A stretch of 64,000 bases of DNA from assembly GCA_033442325.1 (NCBI GenBank), contig JAWQFM010000014.1:238064-302063 (forward strand), read 5' to 3'. The notes beneath the pieces were generated by a model, which was not told the origin of the DNA, did not search any database, and worked only from the letters and a program-made list of their open reading frames with translations. A program made the translations under genes and the position numbers. This document shows, one piece after another, positions 62,315 to 64,000 of this stretch. This stretch comes from Salpingoeca rosetta. Taxonomy: Eukaryota; Protista; Choanoflagellata. Position 1 is the stretch's first letter; each line of letters begins with the position of its first letter.

Positions 62315-63586
62315 ATGCGAGAGGACAGAGCATGGAAACGCTGTTTGTGGGCAAACGATGGTTTTCCGGACAATTTCATCGACAAGGACTTTGACCGCCG
62401 TGTTCATGCACTCCGTGAGTTGTGCGTGTGTGTGCGTGTGCATGTGCACGCGTGTGTGCATGTGTGCGTGCATGTGTGTATGCATGTGTGTGTGCATGTT
62501 TGTGTGCATGTGTGTGTGTATGGTTGGCGTATGTTGCAGTGCACGTGGACAAGTCGAATAATCATGTACACGTGTGCTCGTGGGACACGTGTGCTCGTGG
62601 ACACCTTTGCTTGTGTCGCAACGCATGACTAACCCCCTGCCCCTCACCATACACACCCCTCCCCTCTCTCGTGAACAAAGGAGAGGAACAGCAGAACCGA
62701 CTGCGAAAACCTTTGAGCTCCTACTGGATCGACCTCGGCGTGCAATGCGCCAGGTACCACCTCAGTGTTCTCCAACACAACAGCACGCACACACGCACAT
62801 CGTGGCGGTCTCTGCTCTGTTGTATTTGCGCACCTTCAAAGACAGCCGCGCCGCAGTTCTGTACCTCCTAATGACCCCCTCACACACGCACAACACATAC
62901 ACACACGCACATGCACACACATAACACATACACACACGCACATGCACACATACACAACACACACACATGTACACAACACACACACATGCACACAACACAT
63001 ACACCCAACACACACACACACACCTCACTACACATGTTTGATCATGCAGTGTGGTGCAGATTGCCAGCTTTTTCGCGGTGCTGGACTGTCATCCGGGTAG
63101 CAGCGCGCCCATCTGGGCCTGGCATGCGATGGGATGGGCATCCTTCGGATGGCACCTCTTGCTGCATGCCAGCATTGTTGAGCAGACCACGCGGGACCGC
63201 TTTCAGCTGTTTCTCTGCTTCATCGTCGTGCTCCTCCTGCTTCCTCTCGTCTCCCAACTCACGGTGCGACTGGTGGACGGAGAGCGGATGGTGGCAACCA
63301 TGCATGCACTTGCTTGCTTGGTTGTGCATGTAGCGAGGGGCTTTGTGTGCATGCTTGCGTGCATGCTTGCGTTTGTGATTGCATGTCCAAGTCATGTCAC
63401 ATTGTGTTCTCACACCAGGAATGCACTCACATGCACACGTGCACGTGGTTCTTGCTTCCGTTGACCGCGCCTACAAACGGTTTCCCAAAGACGTCCATCA
63501 GCTCTGACACGCTCTACACCATGGCTGCATCGTTCTTTATTGTGTTTATTGCCGCCTTTCACGAATTCACACAGCCGAGGTCCGCT

Positions 63587-63666
<80 letters not shown>

Positions 63667-63708
63667 CTGAAAGACGGGATAGCTACCTTGCACACGCGAC
63701 ACTCACGT

Positions 63709-63793
<85 letters not shown>

Positions 63794-63952
63794 CTGTGCA
63801 CCAACCCTTACAGCACGCACCGCCCGGTCGCCTTGAATGCTGCGACGTTTGCCAGCATCTGCTTGGCGAGCCGCTTGTCAGACATGACGGCTGTTGTCGT
63901 GTTCATGTGGTTCTGCCTCGCAAACATCTTCCTCTTGCCAGACACCCTTGCT
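62315..63952 (+). CDS. PIGC: GPI-GlcNAc transferase subunit PIG-C/GPI2; 3' end outside the window
   Basis: WKRCLWANDGFPDNFIDKDF (cf. WQKVLYERQPFPDNYVD), hydrophobic exons, SISSDTLYTM (cf. SVSTDTIYAM), ALNAATFASICLASRL (cf. SLNMAIFASVCLASRL). Next donor GTAAGT at 63953. Confidence 0.85.
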
Positions 63953-64000
63953 GTAAGTACATGCGCATGCGTGCGTGCGTGCGTGTGTGTGTGTGGGAGG

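Overview
Eukaryotic, intron-rich, GC-rich genomic DNA with (GT)n/(CA)n microsatellites in most introns and four N-gaps. Gene content and sequence style strongly suggest a choanoflagellate such as Salpingoeca rosetta (inference). Manual splicing supports about 11 protein-coding genes. In order: an F-BAR+SH3 protein (CIP4/FBP17-like, minus, runs off the left edge); a PQBP1-like WW protein; a polypeptide GalNAc-transferase that appears to lack the ricin lectin domain; a Gdown1/POLR2M-like LPDKG protein; a giant (~15.6 kb) Cys-rich single-pass membrane protein with a SEA-like domain and mucin tracts; a class-IV PLP aminotransferase-like gene cut by a gap; a short unknown gene fragment; a SMURF-type C2-WW-WW-HECT ligase; a giant receptor tyrosine kinase (7 bacterial-type PPC modules, EGF, PAN, cadherin-like and HYR domains, kinase, 10x YDMG tail, CAP-Gly); a single 4-exon gene fusing three pantothenate enzymes (PanB-PanE-PanC, ~1175 aa, mitochondrial-like presequence); and PIG-C/GPI2 (runs off the right edge). 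The main candidates for novelty are the PanB-PanE-PanC fusion, the PPC-array RTK, the Gdown1-like protein and a polarised UG(5')/CA(3') intron architecture. All homology calls are motif recognition by eye; no database search was run.
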